Translations under genes and position numbers: made by a program | Virus record (IMG/VR): IMGVR_UViG_3300006147_000010 | Coordinates: 1 to 64,000 of that record | Direction: 5' to 3' (one strand) | From: an uncultured virus (IMG/VR IMGVR_UViG_3300006147_000010) | Taxonomy: Duplodnaviria > Heunggongvirae > Uroviricota > Caudoviricetes | DNA length: 64,000 bases | Shown: positions 8,632-19,108 of the stretch, in pieces | Layout: every line of letters starts with the position of its first letter | Position numbering within the stretch: the first letter of the stretch is position 1 | The notes under the pieces: model-generated | Databases searched by the model: none | What the model saw: the letters and a program-made list of their open reading frames with translations, nothing else | What the model was told of the DNA's origin: nothing

Positions 8632-9693
8632 ATGCCGAAGCAGAGTAAGATTGCAAGCACAAGGCCAAACGCGGCGGCTCCGGTCAAACAAGGCCCGGAT
8701 CGGTTTTACTGTACCAGGTGTGAGCGTTCGTTTACAAAGCAGAAGAGTAACTTCCCTGGTTCGCAGAGTCCGCTGTGGAGGAACAACAACGGGTATATAC
8801 CTGTGTGCCGGCATTGCGTCGATGAAATATATAATCATTATAAGGAGACGCTGGGCGACGAGAAGGCCGCCATCCGGCGTATATGCCTGAAGTTCGATAT
8901 CTACTGGAGCGAGAAGATCTACAAGATGTTGGTTAAAACTTGCACTACGAACTCTCGCGTCTTGAGCTACATAAGCAAGTCAAACCTATACCAGTTTGTC
9001 GGGAAGACATTTGACGACACACTGGACGAAGAATATGCGGCGGAAGCAGACAAGACCGCTTGGCAGCTCCGGCAAGGCGATGCCGACAGTTATGTGGATG
9101 GTCAGGATGATCCATCCATAGAACAGATAGACCAGGAAGTCATTGACTTCTGGGGACCCGGTATGACGCCAACCATGTATATGGAGTTGGAGCAGCGCAA
9201 GGTTTATTGGATGAGCCACTTGCCTGCCGGCGTTGAAGTCGGTATCGGGCTTGAGGCTTTGATCCGCCAGATCTGCAGTATGGAGGTTGATATCAACCGA
9301 GACCGTGCTGCGGGTAAGTCGGTTGATAAGGCGGTCGGTACACTGAACACTTTGATCGGGAGCGCTATGCTCAAGCCGAGCCAGAAATCTGACAGTTCGG
9401 ACAGCTCCCTGGAGAAGACTCCGTTCGGAGTGTGGATCAAGAAGTGGGAAGATAAGAGACCGATCCCAGAGCCCGACCCGGATATGAAGGATGTAGATGG
9501 TATCGTCAGATACGTTGAGATCTGGATGAAGGGGCATCTGTCAAAGATGCTTGGGCTCAAGAACGCATACTCTGCTCTGTACGATAAAGAGATTGCGAAG
9601 AAGCGCGTGGAGCGCCCAGAGTTTGACGACGAGGATGACGAGACCTTCTTCTCTGACGTGTTCGGAGAGGAGGGTCAGGATGACGAGAGCTGA
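8632..9693 (+). CDS. Zinc-binding phage protein upstream of terminase (possible small terminase)
   Basis: CTRC...CRHC; overlaps the terL start. Confidence 0.6.
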   Translation: MPKQSKIASTRPNAAAPVKQGPDRFYCTRCERSFTKQKSNFPGSQSPLWRNNNGYIPVCRHCVDEIYNHYKETLGDEKAAIRRICLKFDIYWSEKIYKMLVKTCTTNSRVLSYISKSNLYQFVGKTFDDTLDEEYAAEADKTAWQLRQGDADSYVDGQDDPSIEQIDQEVIDFWGPGMTPTMYMELEQRKVYWMSHLPAGVEVGIGLEALIRQICSMEVDINRDRAAGKSVDKAVGTLNTLIGSAMLKPSQKSDSSDSSLEKTPFGVWIKKWEDKRPIPEPDPDMKDVDGIVRYVEIWMKGHLSKMLGLKNAYSALYDKEIAKKRVERPEFDDEDDETFFSDVFGEEGQDDES

Positions 9694-11425
9694 GAAAATC
9701 ATGCAAGGCGCAGCGGTGTACTGCGCCTTTTATCGTGCAAATCCAGCGAGGTTTGCCAAAGACTATCTGCATCTTGACCTGAGACTCTTCCAGAAGATCG
9801 TCATCACGATGATGATCCTATGCTCGAACGCTGTGTTCATCGGCGCTCGTGGTATTGGTAAGACATTCATCAGCGCGGTGTTCTGTGTTATCCGCTGTAT
9901 CCTGTGGCCCGGTACCAAGGTGTGTATTGCATCAGGCACGAGGGGACAGGCCATCAATGTCTTGGAAAAGATTATGTTGGAACTCAAACCAAACTCACCG
10001 GAGTTGGCTGCTGAGATCGACATGAAAGAAACCAAGATAAACGGTACGGACGCGAAGATCGTTTTCCTGAACGGGTCATATATCAAGGTCGTCACCGCGT
10101 CCGACTCCAGCCGTGGTAACCGCGCAAACGTTCTAATCCTTGATGAGTTCCGTCTGATCTCCAAGGATGTCATTGATACGATTCTGCGCAAGTTCCTGAC
10201 ACAGCGGCGTATGCCAAAGTATGAGGAGCTGACCAAGGCGGAGCGCCGTGCGGAGTATGACAAAGAAAAGAACATGACCGCGTACCTGAGTTCTGCGTAT
10301 TACTCCGACCACTGGAGTTATACAAAGTGCCAGGATACGTTCAAGGCCATGCTGGATGAATCGAAGTCTCAGTTTGTGTGCAGCCTTCCATATCAGCTTT
10401 CTATCGAGGAAGGCTTGCTGGATGCTGATACTGTTCTGGACGAAATGTCGGAGACAGACTTCTCTGATATCAAGTTCTCCATGGAGTATGAGGCGCTGTT
10501 CTACGGCAGCTCTGAGGATGCGTTCTTTGATTTCGCATCTGTCTCCAAGAACCGGCGTATCAAGTACCCTATGTTCCCGGACAGGTCATCCGGGAAACTT
10601 ATGTCCAACGCGAACATCAGCATACCCCCAAAGAGACCTGGCGAGAAACGTATCCTCTCTGTCGATATCGCTCTGATGAAGAGCAAGAAGAGAAAGAAGA
10701 AAAACGACGCCACGGCAATCTTTGTGAATCAGATGCTGCCAACAAAGGCAGGCAGGTACGTGAGTAACATCGTGTACGCCGATGGCAATGAGGGTATGCA
10801 CACAGCAGACCAGGCATTGCTCGTCCGCAAATTGTTCGACGAGTATGAATGCGACTATCTGGTTATCGACGCGAACGGCGTAGGCGCCGGCGTTGCTGAC
10901 CTGCTGCTCCGCGATATACCAGACCCGGTGACCGGAGATATCTACCCGGCTATATCATGCTGCAACAACCAGGACATGGCAGACCGGTGTATATCAAAAG
11001 ACGCCAAGAAAGTAATCTGGGCAATCAAGGCAACGTCGAAGTTTAACTCCGACATTGCGTATCTTCTGCGCGAGGGGTTCAGCAGCGGCCGCGTTCGTCT
11101 TCTGGACACAGAGATCAACGGCGAGACGAGTATGAATGAGCTGCGCGGATATTCGTCACTCAACCCGTCTGAGCGCACGTTTATGTCTCTGCCGTATGTC
11201 CACACCACTCTTCTGATCGACGAGCTGACAAAGCTCCAGCATGAAGAGAAGGATGGGCTCGTCAGAGTATACGAGCGCTCCGGGAAGCGCAAGGATAGAT
11301 ACTCCAGTCTGGCATATAACTACTGGGTCGCCTGCCAAGTCGAGACAAAGATCCGTAAGAGGAGTGTGTCGGCGCAGTCAGGGAACGGCCCCCAGTTTAT
11401 GTTCCGGGCACCAAAAGTCAAGTAA
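9680..11425 (+). CDS. terL: Terminase large subunit
   Basis: ARGIGKT Walker A, RGNRANVLILDE Walker B, nuclease SVDIA, IDANG and KDRYSS; start re-called to ATG 9680. Confidence 0.92.
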   Translation: MTRAEKIMQGAAVYCAFYRANPARFAKDYLHLDLRLFQKIVITMMILCSNAVFIGARGIGKTFISAVFCVIRCILWPGTKVCIASGTRGQAINVLEKIMLELKPNSPELAAEIDMKETKINGTDAKIVFLNGSYIKVVTASDSSRGNRANVLILDEFRLISKDVIDTILRKFLTQRRMPKYEELTKAERRAEYDKEKNMTAYLSSAYYSDHWSYTKCQDTFKAMLDESKSQFVCSLPYQLSIEEGLLDADTVLDEMSETDFSDIKFSMEYEALFYGSSEDAFFDFASVSKNRRIKYPMFPDRSSGKLMSNANISIPPKRPGEKRILSVDIALMKSKKRKKKNDATAIFVNQMLPTKAGRYVSNIVYADGNEGMHTADQALLVRKLFDEYECDYLVIDANGVGAGVADLLLRDIPDPVTGDIYPAISCCNNQDMADRCISKDAKKVIWAIKATSKFNSDIAYLLREGFSSGRVRLLDTEINGETSMNELRGYSSLNPSERTFMSLPYVHTTLLIDELTKLQHEEKDGLVRVYERSGKRKDRYSSLAYNYWVACQVETKIRKRSVSAQSGNGPQFMFRAPKVK

Positions 11426-11434
11426 AGGAGGTGA

Positions 11435-12961
11435 ATGAGTTTGGCAAGAAAAATTGTCGATACAAGCGAAGACAAGACAGAAGTATATAAGGAACCGTTG
11501 TCGTTTGACGCGGATGGTTTGATTCGTATCCCGCAAAGGTTCGCGGCGCTCAATCGTTTGATTATGCGGGACTTGAATGGCAGGCTGCGCAGTCCTACCT
11601 TCTATAAATACACGAAGGATCAGATTTCACAGTACCTGTCTAACCCATATCGCTACCAGAAGAATCTGCGTAACGCAGCGATCTATCTGTGTGCGGCGAG
11701 TTCCCATTTCCGCCGTTTGATCCAGTATTTTGTTGCCCTGTCCGATTTGGCATATGTCGTGTCTCCGTATCGGATCGATACGAGTACGGCGAAGCAATCC
11801 ATGCTGAGGAAACAGTACAAGCGTACTCTCAACATGCTTTCGGCTATGGACATCAAGAACCAGTTCCCGAAGATCCTCACGGTATGTTTGCGCGAGGATG
11901 TCTTCTTCGGAACAATGTGGGTCACCAACGACAACATCACGATCCAGCAGCTCCCGTCTGACTTCTGCGAAATCGCAGTCGTTGAGGGGAACGTGCCAAA
12001 TGTGTCATTCAACTTCTCGTATTTTGACACGAACCATCAGTATCTTGAGATGTATCCGAAGGAGTTCCAGGATAAGTACGAGCTGTATAAGAGTGACATG
12101 ACGAAGATGAAGTGGCAGGAACTTGACGCACCCAACTCATTTGCCGTGAAGTGTAACAACGATATCCTCGACTACGCGATCCCCCCGTTCGTAGGTATCT
12201 TCCGTGAGATCTACGACCTGGAGGATTACCGAAGCCTGAAGATGACCAAGACAGAACTGGAGAACTATGCGCTCCTGGTCATGAAACTTGGTATCAATAA
12301 AGAAGGCGAGTGGGAGATGGACTTCGACAAGGCGCGAGATTTCTACTCCAACCTTGCTGACGTACTCCCGGAGGAAGTCGGTGCAGTTCTGTCACCAATG
12401 CCGATTGATAAGATCGGCTTTGAGAAATCGAACACCAGAGACACAGACACAATCGCTGAGGCGGAACAGAATCTGTTTACTGCTGCCGGCGTATCTACTC
12501 TCCTGTTCAATAATGACAAGGCTTCCAGTAATGCTCTGCTGCTTTCCATCAAGGCAGACCAGGCGCTTACATATGGCATCGTCAAGAGCATTGAGGAAGT
12601 GGTCAACCGTTTCATTCACAGCTACCCGTACGGGAAAAACTTCAGAGTGACTTTCCTGGATTGTTCTCCATATAACCGTAAAGAAATGGGAGAGCAGTAT
12701 TTGAAAGCGGCGCAGTATGGGTTCCCGACTCTGTCATACTTCTGCGCATCGCAGGGGTTGTCGCAGGCAGACATGGACGGCATGGACTTCCTGGAGAACG
12801 AGATTCTCAAGTTGAAGGATCGGTTCAGGCCATTGCTGAGTTCTGCCACCGTCAGCTCCGCAGACGGCGCCGGCAGGCCAACAAAGGATGACGGCGACCT
12901 ATCGGATTCTGGCGAGTCATCCAGAGAGCATGACGACGGGGACGACAGCCAGCTTGAATGA
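11435..12961 (+). CDS. Portal protein
   Basis: 508 aa directly after terL; acidic tail with GRP motif typical of portals. Confidence 0.75.
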   Translation: MSLARKIVDTSEDKTEVYKEPLSFDADGLIRIPQRFAALNRLIMRDLNGRLRSPTFYKYTKDQISQYLSNPYRYQKNLRNAAIYLCAASSHFRRLIQYFVALSDLAYVVSPYRIDTSTAKQSMLRKQYKRTLNMLSAMDIKNQFPKILTVCLREDVFFGTMWVTNDNITIQQLPSDFCEIAVVEGNVPNVSFNFSYFDTNHQYLEMYPKEFQDKYELYKSDMTKMKWQELDAPNSFAVKCNNDILDYAIPPFVGIFREIYDLEDYRSLKMTKTELENYALLVMKLGINKEGEWEMDFDKARDFYSNLADVLPEEVGAVLSPMPIDKIGFEKSNTRDTDTIAEAEQNLFTAAGVSTLLFNNDKASSNALLLSIKADQALTYGIVKSIEEVVNRFIHSYPYGKNFRVTFLDCSPYNRKEMGEQYLKAAQYGFPTLSYFCASQGLSQADMDGMDFLENEILKLKDRFRPLLSSATVSSADGAGRPTKDDGDLSDSGESSREHDDGDDSQLE

Positions 12962-12975
12962 AAGGAAGATACGGA

Positions 12976-13167
12976 ATGAACTTTATATATGTAATGAGTG
13001 TGAAGGACAAGAACAAGATGGTGTCCCTTGGGTATGACCTGATCAGGGAGGACACCAGGAACAGCATGTGGGTATTCAAGAATAAGGACACAACCACATT
13101 TGCCTGCGAGGATGAGATATCCGGCGCGGGCATTAAATTTGTGCTTTCCAACACGCTCACATTCTGA
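12976..13167 (+). CDS. Small hypothetical protein
   Basis: RBS AAAGGAAG; ORF between portal and protease. Confidence 0.65.
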   Translation: MNFIYVMSVKDKNKMVSLGYDLIREDTRNSMWVFKNKDTTTFACEDEISGAGIKFVLSNTLTF

Positions 13168-13195
13168 AGCAGCAAAGAGCTGCGTTGGGAGGTAG

Positions 13196-14779
13196 ATGCA
13201 CATGGACAAACAAATCCGGCTGCAGTTTACCGCCTCAATCGAAGATATCTGCGACATCAATGAATCATTTGCCGCCGCGAAGATCCGTGCTTTCTATGTA
13301 GGCGGGAACAGGAATGGTTCGTTCATCAGTAAGCAGAGTGCAGAAGATGCGATCCCGACTATGTTCAACTGCCCCATCGTATGCAACTATGATGTTGAGT
13401 CCGACACGATTGGCGGACATGACATCGACATTGTTGCAATGGATGACGGAGAACTTAAGCTGGTCAATCTCACTGACGCGGTCGGTGTCATCCCATCTGA
13501 TGCAATGTATAGGTTCGAAACGATTGAGGAAGAAGACGGATCAACGCACGAGTATTTCGTGGTTGACGCAATCTTGTGGAAGCGGTCTCCTGCGTATGAC
13601 AAGATCAAGCGGGACGGCATTGTGTCTCAGTCTATGGAGATTACCGTGCTGAATGGTCACATGCAGGGCGACCTGTATGTTATCGAGAAGTTCATCTTCA
13701 CCGCGTTCTGTCTTCTTGGCGATGGTATCGAACCATGCTTTGAATCTGCGTCGTTGCAGCTTTTCGATAAGGGGAACTGCAGAGAACAGTTTGCTCTGCT
13801 TATGAAAGAACTCAAGCAGAGCTTCTCAAAGGTCAATCCATCTTTACAGGATGACAATGATACAACTACTAATTTTGCAACGGAAGGAGGAGAAAAGGAG
13901 TTGGACGAGAAAAGTAAACTTGCCGTCGAGTACGGATTCGATATCAACAGTCTGGACTTTTCTGTGGAGGATCTGACTCTCGATGAGCTGCGGGCAAAGT
14001 TCGAGGAGATGAAGGCTGCTGATTCAGCGGTCACACCCGCAGATGGTGATCCCGAAAAGGACTTCGCGCTGGAGGGTCAGTTCCGAGGGGAACTCGTTGA
14101 GTCTCTGGAATCTGAGAAGATCGAAACCCCGTGGGGTATGGATTGTCACTACTGGTTCTGGGACTATGACCGCGAGGCGTCCGAGGTATACGCCACGGAT
14201 CTTACAGACTGGAATCTGTATGGGTTCCCGTACTCCACGGACGGCGACCGGGTCGTTGTGGACTTCAAGTGCAAGAAGCGCATGAAGCTCGCCGTGGTTC
14301 CATTCGATGAGGGCAGCGCCGCCGCGCAGATGAGCGAGATGTTCACTGCTGTGATGGAGAAGTTCACTGCTGCGAAGGAGGCAGAGATCCAGGCCAAGTT
14401 CGACGCAGAGAAGGCGGCTATCGAAGCAAAGTATCAGACAGCGGAGACCACCATCAATCAGATGAATACGGAACTTTCCGAACTGCGCCAGTTCAAGCAG
14501 GACAAGCTCAAGGATGAGCGTGCTGCTGACGAGGACGCAGTTTTTGCTATGTTCCCGGATCTGAGCGGGGTTGAGGCGTTTGAGAATCTCCGCAAGAGCT
14601 GCGCCGAGATGTCCATCGACGAAATCGAGGACAAGTGCTTTGCGATCCGTGGCCGCAACACATCTGTGCAGAATTTCTCTGCTCAGAAGCCGAAGGCGCC
14701 CAGGCTGCCTGTGGAAAAGAGCGGGGCGGCTGACGAGCCCTATGGCGGACTTTTCGTAGAATTTCCGCCAAACAAATAA
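13196..14779 (+). CDS. Prohead protease/scaffold fusion
   Basis: N-terminal GGNRNGS, GGH, SQSMEI, FCLLG..EPCF protease-like domain; acidic coiled-coil C-terminus. Confidence 0.75.
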   Translation: MHMDKQIRLQFTASIEDICDINESFAAAKIRAFYVGGNRNGSFISKQSAEDAIPTMFNCPIVCNYDVESDTIGGHDIDIVAMDDGELKLVNLTDAVGVIPSDAMYRFETIEEEDGSTHEYFVVDAILWKRSPAYDKIKRDGIVSQSMEITVLNGHMQGDLYVIEKFIFTAFCLLGDGIEPCFESASLQLFDKGNCREQFALLMKELKQSFSKVNPSLQDDNDTTTNFATEGGEKELDEKSKLAVEYGFDINSLDFSVEDLTLDELRAKFEEMKAADSAVTPADGDPEKDFALEGQFRGELVESLESEKIETPWGMDCHYWFWDYDREASEVYATDLTDWNLYGFPYSTDGDRVVVDFKCKKRMKLAVVPFDEGSAAAQMSEMFTAVMEKFTAAKEAEIQAKFDAEKAAIEAKYQTAETTINQMNTELSELRQFKQDKLKDERAADEDAVFAMFPDLSGVEAFENLRKSCAEMSIDEIEDKCFAIRGRNTSVQNFSAQKPKAPRLPVEKSGAADEPYGGLFVEFPPNK

Positions 14780-14808
14780 GAAAAGATTGAAATAAGGAGG
14801 AAAATATC

Positions 14809-15303
14809 ATGGCTTATACAGTTTTTCGTTCTGATCTGCTGTCTGGCACTGACGTCGCGGCTGACCTTGTCTCCGCCCGCGTGTACGACAGCGGCGAAAA
14901 GATTGCCGTGGAGAACGGCACCATCATCGAGCTCGAAGGTCTGGAGCCCGGCGAGCGCGAGGTTCACAAGGCCAAGCTGGCTACCGCTTCCAGCGAGCTG
15001 TCCAAGTGTGTCGTGGTCGGCACCCCCGAGGTGTTCTATGACGAGCGCCTGAAGAATCTCGACCAGTACATCAATGAGCCCAACAAGATCGTGCGCGGCT
15101 ACATCCTGCGCAGCCGGAACATGTTCTCTGTGACGAAGGAAGGCTTTGTCGGCGGCACCGTTCCTGCTGTCGGCGACGAGGTCGGTATCGGCGCCAAGGG
15201 CAAGCTGGACGCTGCCGGCACTGGCTTCGGCGAGTGCATGGCTATTGAGCTGGCTGGCCGCTATACCTACTACGTGATCCGTATCGCAAATACGGAAGTC
15301 TAA
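14809..15303 (+). CDS. Capsid decoration/cement-like protein
   Basis: Position before MCP; strong C-ending codon bias. Confidence 0.55.
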   Translation: MAYTVFRSDLLSGTDVAADLVSARVYDSGEKIAVENGTIIELEGLEPGEREVHKAKLATASSELSKCVVVGTPEVFYDERLKNLDQYINEPNKIVRGYILRSRNMFSVTKEGFVGGTVPAVGDEVGIGAKGKLDAAGTGFGECMAIELAGRYTYYVIRIANTEV

Positions 15304-15322
15304 TAAAGGAGGGTGAGATACA

Positions 15323-16336
15323 ATGGCTGATATGAATGAGATTGTCAGACTTGCTGTTGACGCATATCACGGCGTTACCACCAAGTATTCAGTGAACGAG
15401 TCCATGGACACTCTGCGCCAGGCTCTGGTCGCTGCCAACAACGGTTCCACCGTTATGAACTACAAAGACATCCGCGACGGCAAGTGCGTCGGTCTGTTCG
15501 CTCTGATCGAAGAGATCCTGTCCCGCACCGTCGTCGAGGGCTTCCAGGGCGACGAGTATTTCAACGCTCTGGTCGATTTCCGCAACGTCGCTCTGGGCGA
15601 CAAGAACATCTTCGAGGTTGCTGACCGTGACCTGTTCGTGGTGGCCGACGCCGCTGATGGTACTCAGGGCATCCGGCGTCAGCGGCTCGGTGGTGTGACA
15701 CAGACCTCCATTCCCACCTCCTTCAAGGTCGTGAAGATCTACGAGGAGATGAACCGCGTGCTGTCCGGTCAGGTGGACTTCAACTACTTCATCAACAAGG
15801 TGGCTGAGTCCTTCCGTCGGAAGCTGCTGGATGACATCTACGGCCTGTGGAGTACCGCTACCGCTGCCGACTTCGGCGGCACCACCTACTTCCCCGCCGC
15901 TGGTACATACAGCGAGGACGCCCTGCTCGACCTGATCAACCATGTCGAGGCTGCCGCCAATGGCGCTACCGCCACGATCATCGGCACCAAGAAGGCTGTC
16001 CGTAATCTGGCTCCTTCCATCCAGGGCACTGACTCCAAGAGTGACCTGTATAACATGGGCTACTACGGCAACTTCTACGGCACCAGTGTCGTGGTGACTC
16101 CTCAGCGTCACAAGGTCGGCTCCACCGACTTCATCTTCCCCGACAATGTCCTGACCGTCATTGCCGGCGACGACAAGCCCATCAAGTGCGTGTACGAAGG
16201 CCAGTCCACCGTCATCCTCGGCGACCTGACCAAGAACAGCGACCTTACCCAGGACTACTTCTACGGCGAGAAGTACGGTATGGGCATTGTGCTGGCCGGC
16301 GGCAATGCCGGTATCGGCCGTTACGAGATGGCCTAA
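15323..16336 (+). CDS. Major capsid protein (HK97 fold)
   Basis: 337 aa, position after scaffold, strong codon bias, followed by a stable hairpin. Confidence 0.8.
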   Translation: MADMNEIVRLAVDAYHGVTTKYSVNESMDTLRQALVAANNGSTVMNYKDIRDGKCVGLFALIEEILSRTVVEGFQGDEYFNALVDFRNVALGDKNIFEVADRDLFVVADAADGTQGIRRQRLGGVTQTSIPTSFKVVKIYEEMNRVLSGQVDFNYFINKVAESFRRKLLDDIYGLWSTATAADFGGTTYFPAAGTYSEDALLDLINHVEAAANGATATIIGTKKAVRNLAPSIQGTDSKSDLYNMGYYGNFYGTSVVVTPQRHKVGSTDFIFPDNVLTVIAGDDKPIKCVYEGQSTVILGDLTKNSDLTQDYFYGEKYGMGIVLAGGNAGIGRYEMA

Positions 16337-16350
16337 TCAAACACTACGCC

Positions 16351-16385
16351 AAGTGGCGGCCCTGTATCGCGCAGGGCTGCCACTT
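16351..16385 (+). terminator. Stem-loop after MCP (terminator or mRNA stabiliser)
   Basis: AAGTGGCGGCCCTG/CAGGGCTGCCACTT 14-bp stem with one G-T pair, weak T-tract. Confidence 0.65.
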
Positions 16386-16410
16386 ACTTTGAATGAAAGG
16401 AATGTGAATT

Positions 16411-17010
16411 ATGCCTACTACAACTACTGGCAGTAAGGTGAAGAAGACTACTGCCCCCAGGAAAACTACAGCGCGTGCGAAGAAGGATGCGACTGTACCC
16501 GTGGTTGCAGAAGCGACTGCAAATGTGGAAGCCACTGAGACTTCCAAGCCAACTTTCAAGGTCAAAAAGGATCTCAGCCCCACTATGATCGTGACTGTCA
16601 AGAACGGGTTCAACGGCACCCTTGTGTATAAGAGCAAGCGCACAGGGGAGCTGTTCATTTGGGACGCTTTCGGCAGCGAGCAGGAGATGGAGCTTCAGGA
16701 TCTGAAGGCCGCGAAGAACAGCTACAAGGCGTTCTTCATCAACAACTGGTTCCTGTTCGACGATCCTGAGATCGTGGAGTGGCTTGGTATGGAGCAATAC
16801 TACAAGCACGCTTTGAATACAGAGTCGTTCAATGAACTGTTTGTCAGCGACCCAGAACAGATCGAGGAAACAATCGGCAAGCTGTCAGCCGGACAGAAGA
16901 AGTCGGTTGCTTTCCGCGCCAAGCAGCTCATCAAGGACGGCAAAATCGACTCCATCAAGGTGATCAACGCTCTGGAGAAGAGCCTTTCCATCGAGTTGAT
17001 CGAGCGGTAA
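16411..17010 (+). CDS. Head-associated hypothetical protein
   Basis: ORF with RBS in the head-tail module. Confidence 0.7.
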   Translation: MPTTTTGSKVKKTTAPRKTTARAKKDATVPVVAEATANVEATETSKPTFKVKKDLSPTMIVTVKNGFNGTLVYKSKRTGELFIWDAFGSEQEMELQDLKAAKNSYKAFFINNWFLFDDPEIVEWLGMEQYYKHALNTESFNELFVSDPEQIEETIGKLSAGQKKSVAFRAKQLIKDGKIDSIKVINALEKSLSIELIER

Positions 17011-17021
17011 GGGGGTGTCGT

Positions 17022-17468
17022 ATGAGCATCTCTTATGATGTGTTCACCGGCGCTTTCCTTGGGAAGGTGACCGAATACGACTTCCTGCGTCTGGACGACC
17101 ATGATCGAAACGCAACTGTGGACGGCTACATGAAGCGCGCTTGCGCAGAGTTCAACAAGATATGCAAGTACGATCTGCTTGACCGGGATGACGTAGTCCG
17201 AGAGTTTGCCACCGACATCCCGGAGGAAGATCTGGACGAGATCGTAGATATCGTATCAGAGGGGATGCTCGTACAGTGGATGAAGCCGTATTTCTACAGA
17301 GCAGACAACCTTGAGAACATTCTGAACACAGCGGATTTCTCTGCCTATTCTCCTGCAGAGTTGCTGTACCGTATCACCAATGCCTACAATGAAGCGAAGA
17401 GGGACTTCAGAAATATGATAAAGGAATACTCCTACGCCCACGGAGATCTGGTGCATCTGGCGCTATGA
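17022..17468 (+). CDS. Putative head-tail adaptor
   Basis: Position and size; RBS GGGGGTG. Confidence 0.55.
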   Translation: MSISYDVFTGAFLGKVTEYDFLRLDDHDRNATVDGYMKRACAEFNKICKYDLLDRDDVVREFATDIPEEDLDEIVDIVSEGMLVQWMKPYFYRADNLENILNTADFSAYSPAELLYRITNAYNEAKRDFRNMIKEYSYAHGDLVHLAL

Positions 17469-17794
17469 AAACAGTGAACGGATACAACCTCTCATCCGAG
17501 ATGGTATCAAACTATCTGGGCGGACTCGTAAATCAGTTCTTCAAAATCCTCCCCATCAAGGAGAGTGGGGAGCCCTCTCTGAACGAGTTTATGAGGAGTC
17601 TCCAGGTTGAGCTGCTTGGGCATAAGAGTCTGATGCGATACCTGGAAAACGACTCGATGTATATGACGCTTTTGTCTATCCTTGAGTATCTTATCAACAA
17701 CGATTGTGAGACGCACGTCGTGAAGCGTGAGGTATTCAAGGCAATCTCAATCTGTAAGAAGCTGCGTAAAAAGTATTGTGACAAGGGGGCGTGA
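17465..17794 (+). CDS. Hypothetical virion morphogenesis protein
   Basis: ATGA-coupled ORF in the late operon. Confidence 0.65.
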   Translation: MKTVNGYNLSSEMVSNYLGGLVNQFFKILPIKESGEPSLNEFMRSLQVELLGHKSLMRYLENDSMYMTLLSILEYLINNDCETHVVKREVFKAISICKKLRKKYCDKGA

Positions 17795-17798
17795 TCCT

Positions 17799-18611
17799 AT
17801 GAGTGTATGGAGCACTTACGAGGCACGGTTCGCACCGGATGATCCGACTATGGACCCGAGGCGAAATTCTGTACAGGATCATATCCGGAGCAGGATGCGG
17901 CGCAAGATCACCGTGTCCCTGTCATACAAGCGCGTACAGTGCGAGGGGCGTGATATACAGCTTGCCATCGTTGATACGGCAAACGACCTGAGCGCCAAAA
18001 AGATATTCTCTATGCCGGAAGAGGAACTCCCGCACGGCTCTATCATCGAGTGGGGTGACTCCCGCTGGTTGGTCACAGAGGCCGACTTTGGGAATGATCT
18101 CTGCCAGGAAGGTAAGATGCGCCGGTGTAATTATTACCTGAAGTGGATCAACTCCAAGGGTGATATCATCGGGCGCTGGTGTGTCGTGGAGGACGGCACC
18201 AAGTATCTGATTGGTGAACGGCAAGAGGATATGCTGGCGGTTGGTGACGCCAGAATGGCAGTCACGCTCGGCAGGGACTCAGAGACAACTCAGATCAATC
18301 GTGGAAGGAGATTCCTGATTGACGATATGGACTCACAAGAAGTTCTTGCGTATGAGGTGACCAAGCCAAACAAAATGTTTAACGTCTTCAACGGCAAGGG
18401 TGTGATCCGCTTTATCATGGGCGAGTCTGAGCTGACAGATCTCGACAACCCGGAAGCGCGGATTGCAGACTACTATGGTTGGAAACCGGAGGAAGCAAAG
18501 CCCGTACCTGACACAAAGAAAGATGTTCCTTTCGAGGAAATGATTTCACAAGCTGAGCAGGAGGCAAAGGATAAGCCTGAGCAGATAGAGAAAAGTGGGG
18601 TGTGGCTGTAA
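17799..18611 (+). CDS. Putative head-closure protein
   Basis: Position; start re-called to ATG 17799. Confidence 0.55.
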   Translation: MSVWSTYEARFAPDDPTMDPRRNSVQDHIRSRMRRKITVSLSYKRVQCEGRDIQLAIVDTANDLSAKKIFSMPEEELPHGSIIEWGDSRWLVTEADFGNDLCQEGKMRRCNYYLKWINSKGDIIGRWCVVEDGTKYLIGERQEDMLAVGDARMAVTLGRDSETTQINRGRRFLIDDMDSQEVLAYEVTKPNKMFNVFNGKGVIRFIMGESELTDLDNPEARIADYYGWKPEEAKPVPDTKKDVPFEEMISQAEQEAKDKPEQIEKSGVWL

Positions 18612-19108
18612 TGCTTCTGAACGAATTTTTTGACTATAAGAACAAACTGATGGAGACGCTTTGCCGCAACGAGAATATTGTGCGGCTTGTCACGGACAGC
18701 AAAGATGCACCTGTCCCGAACTACACGCTTGCGTATAACCGTATCTTCCCGTTTGAATTTGTCCCGGATACCGTGGACGACGGCGATACCTTTATATGCT
18801 TTGATGTGGATATCGCTCGGGTGTCAGACAAGGTGTACTATAAGCCCGTGCTATACGTGTGGGTGTTTACTCATAAGAGCAAGATACGTTTGGAGGAAGG
18901 TGGTATCCGAACGGATCAGCTTGCCGTTGAGATTAACAAGGAGCTGAGCGGCAGCAGGTACTTTGGACTTGGCGAATTAGAGCTGTACTCGGTTGGGCGG
19001 TTCGCTCCCATTACAGACTTCCAAGGACGTGTTATGGCTTATGCCGCCACGGACTTCAACAGGCCAGGTATCTCCAAGAAGCCGCCAGCGAACCGTAAGC
19101 ATCCATGA
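18602..19108 (+). CDS. Putative tail terminator/completion protein
   Basis: Position before the major tail gene. Confidence 0.5.
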   Translation: MAVMLLNEFFDYKNKLMETLCRNENIVRLVTDSKDAPVPNYTLAYNRIFPFEFVPDTVDDGDTFICFDVDIARVSDKVYYKPVLYVWVFTHKSKIRLEEGGIRTDQLAVEINKELSGSRYFGLGELELYSVGRFAPITDFQGRVMAYAATDFNRPGISKKPPANRKHP

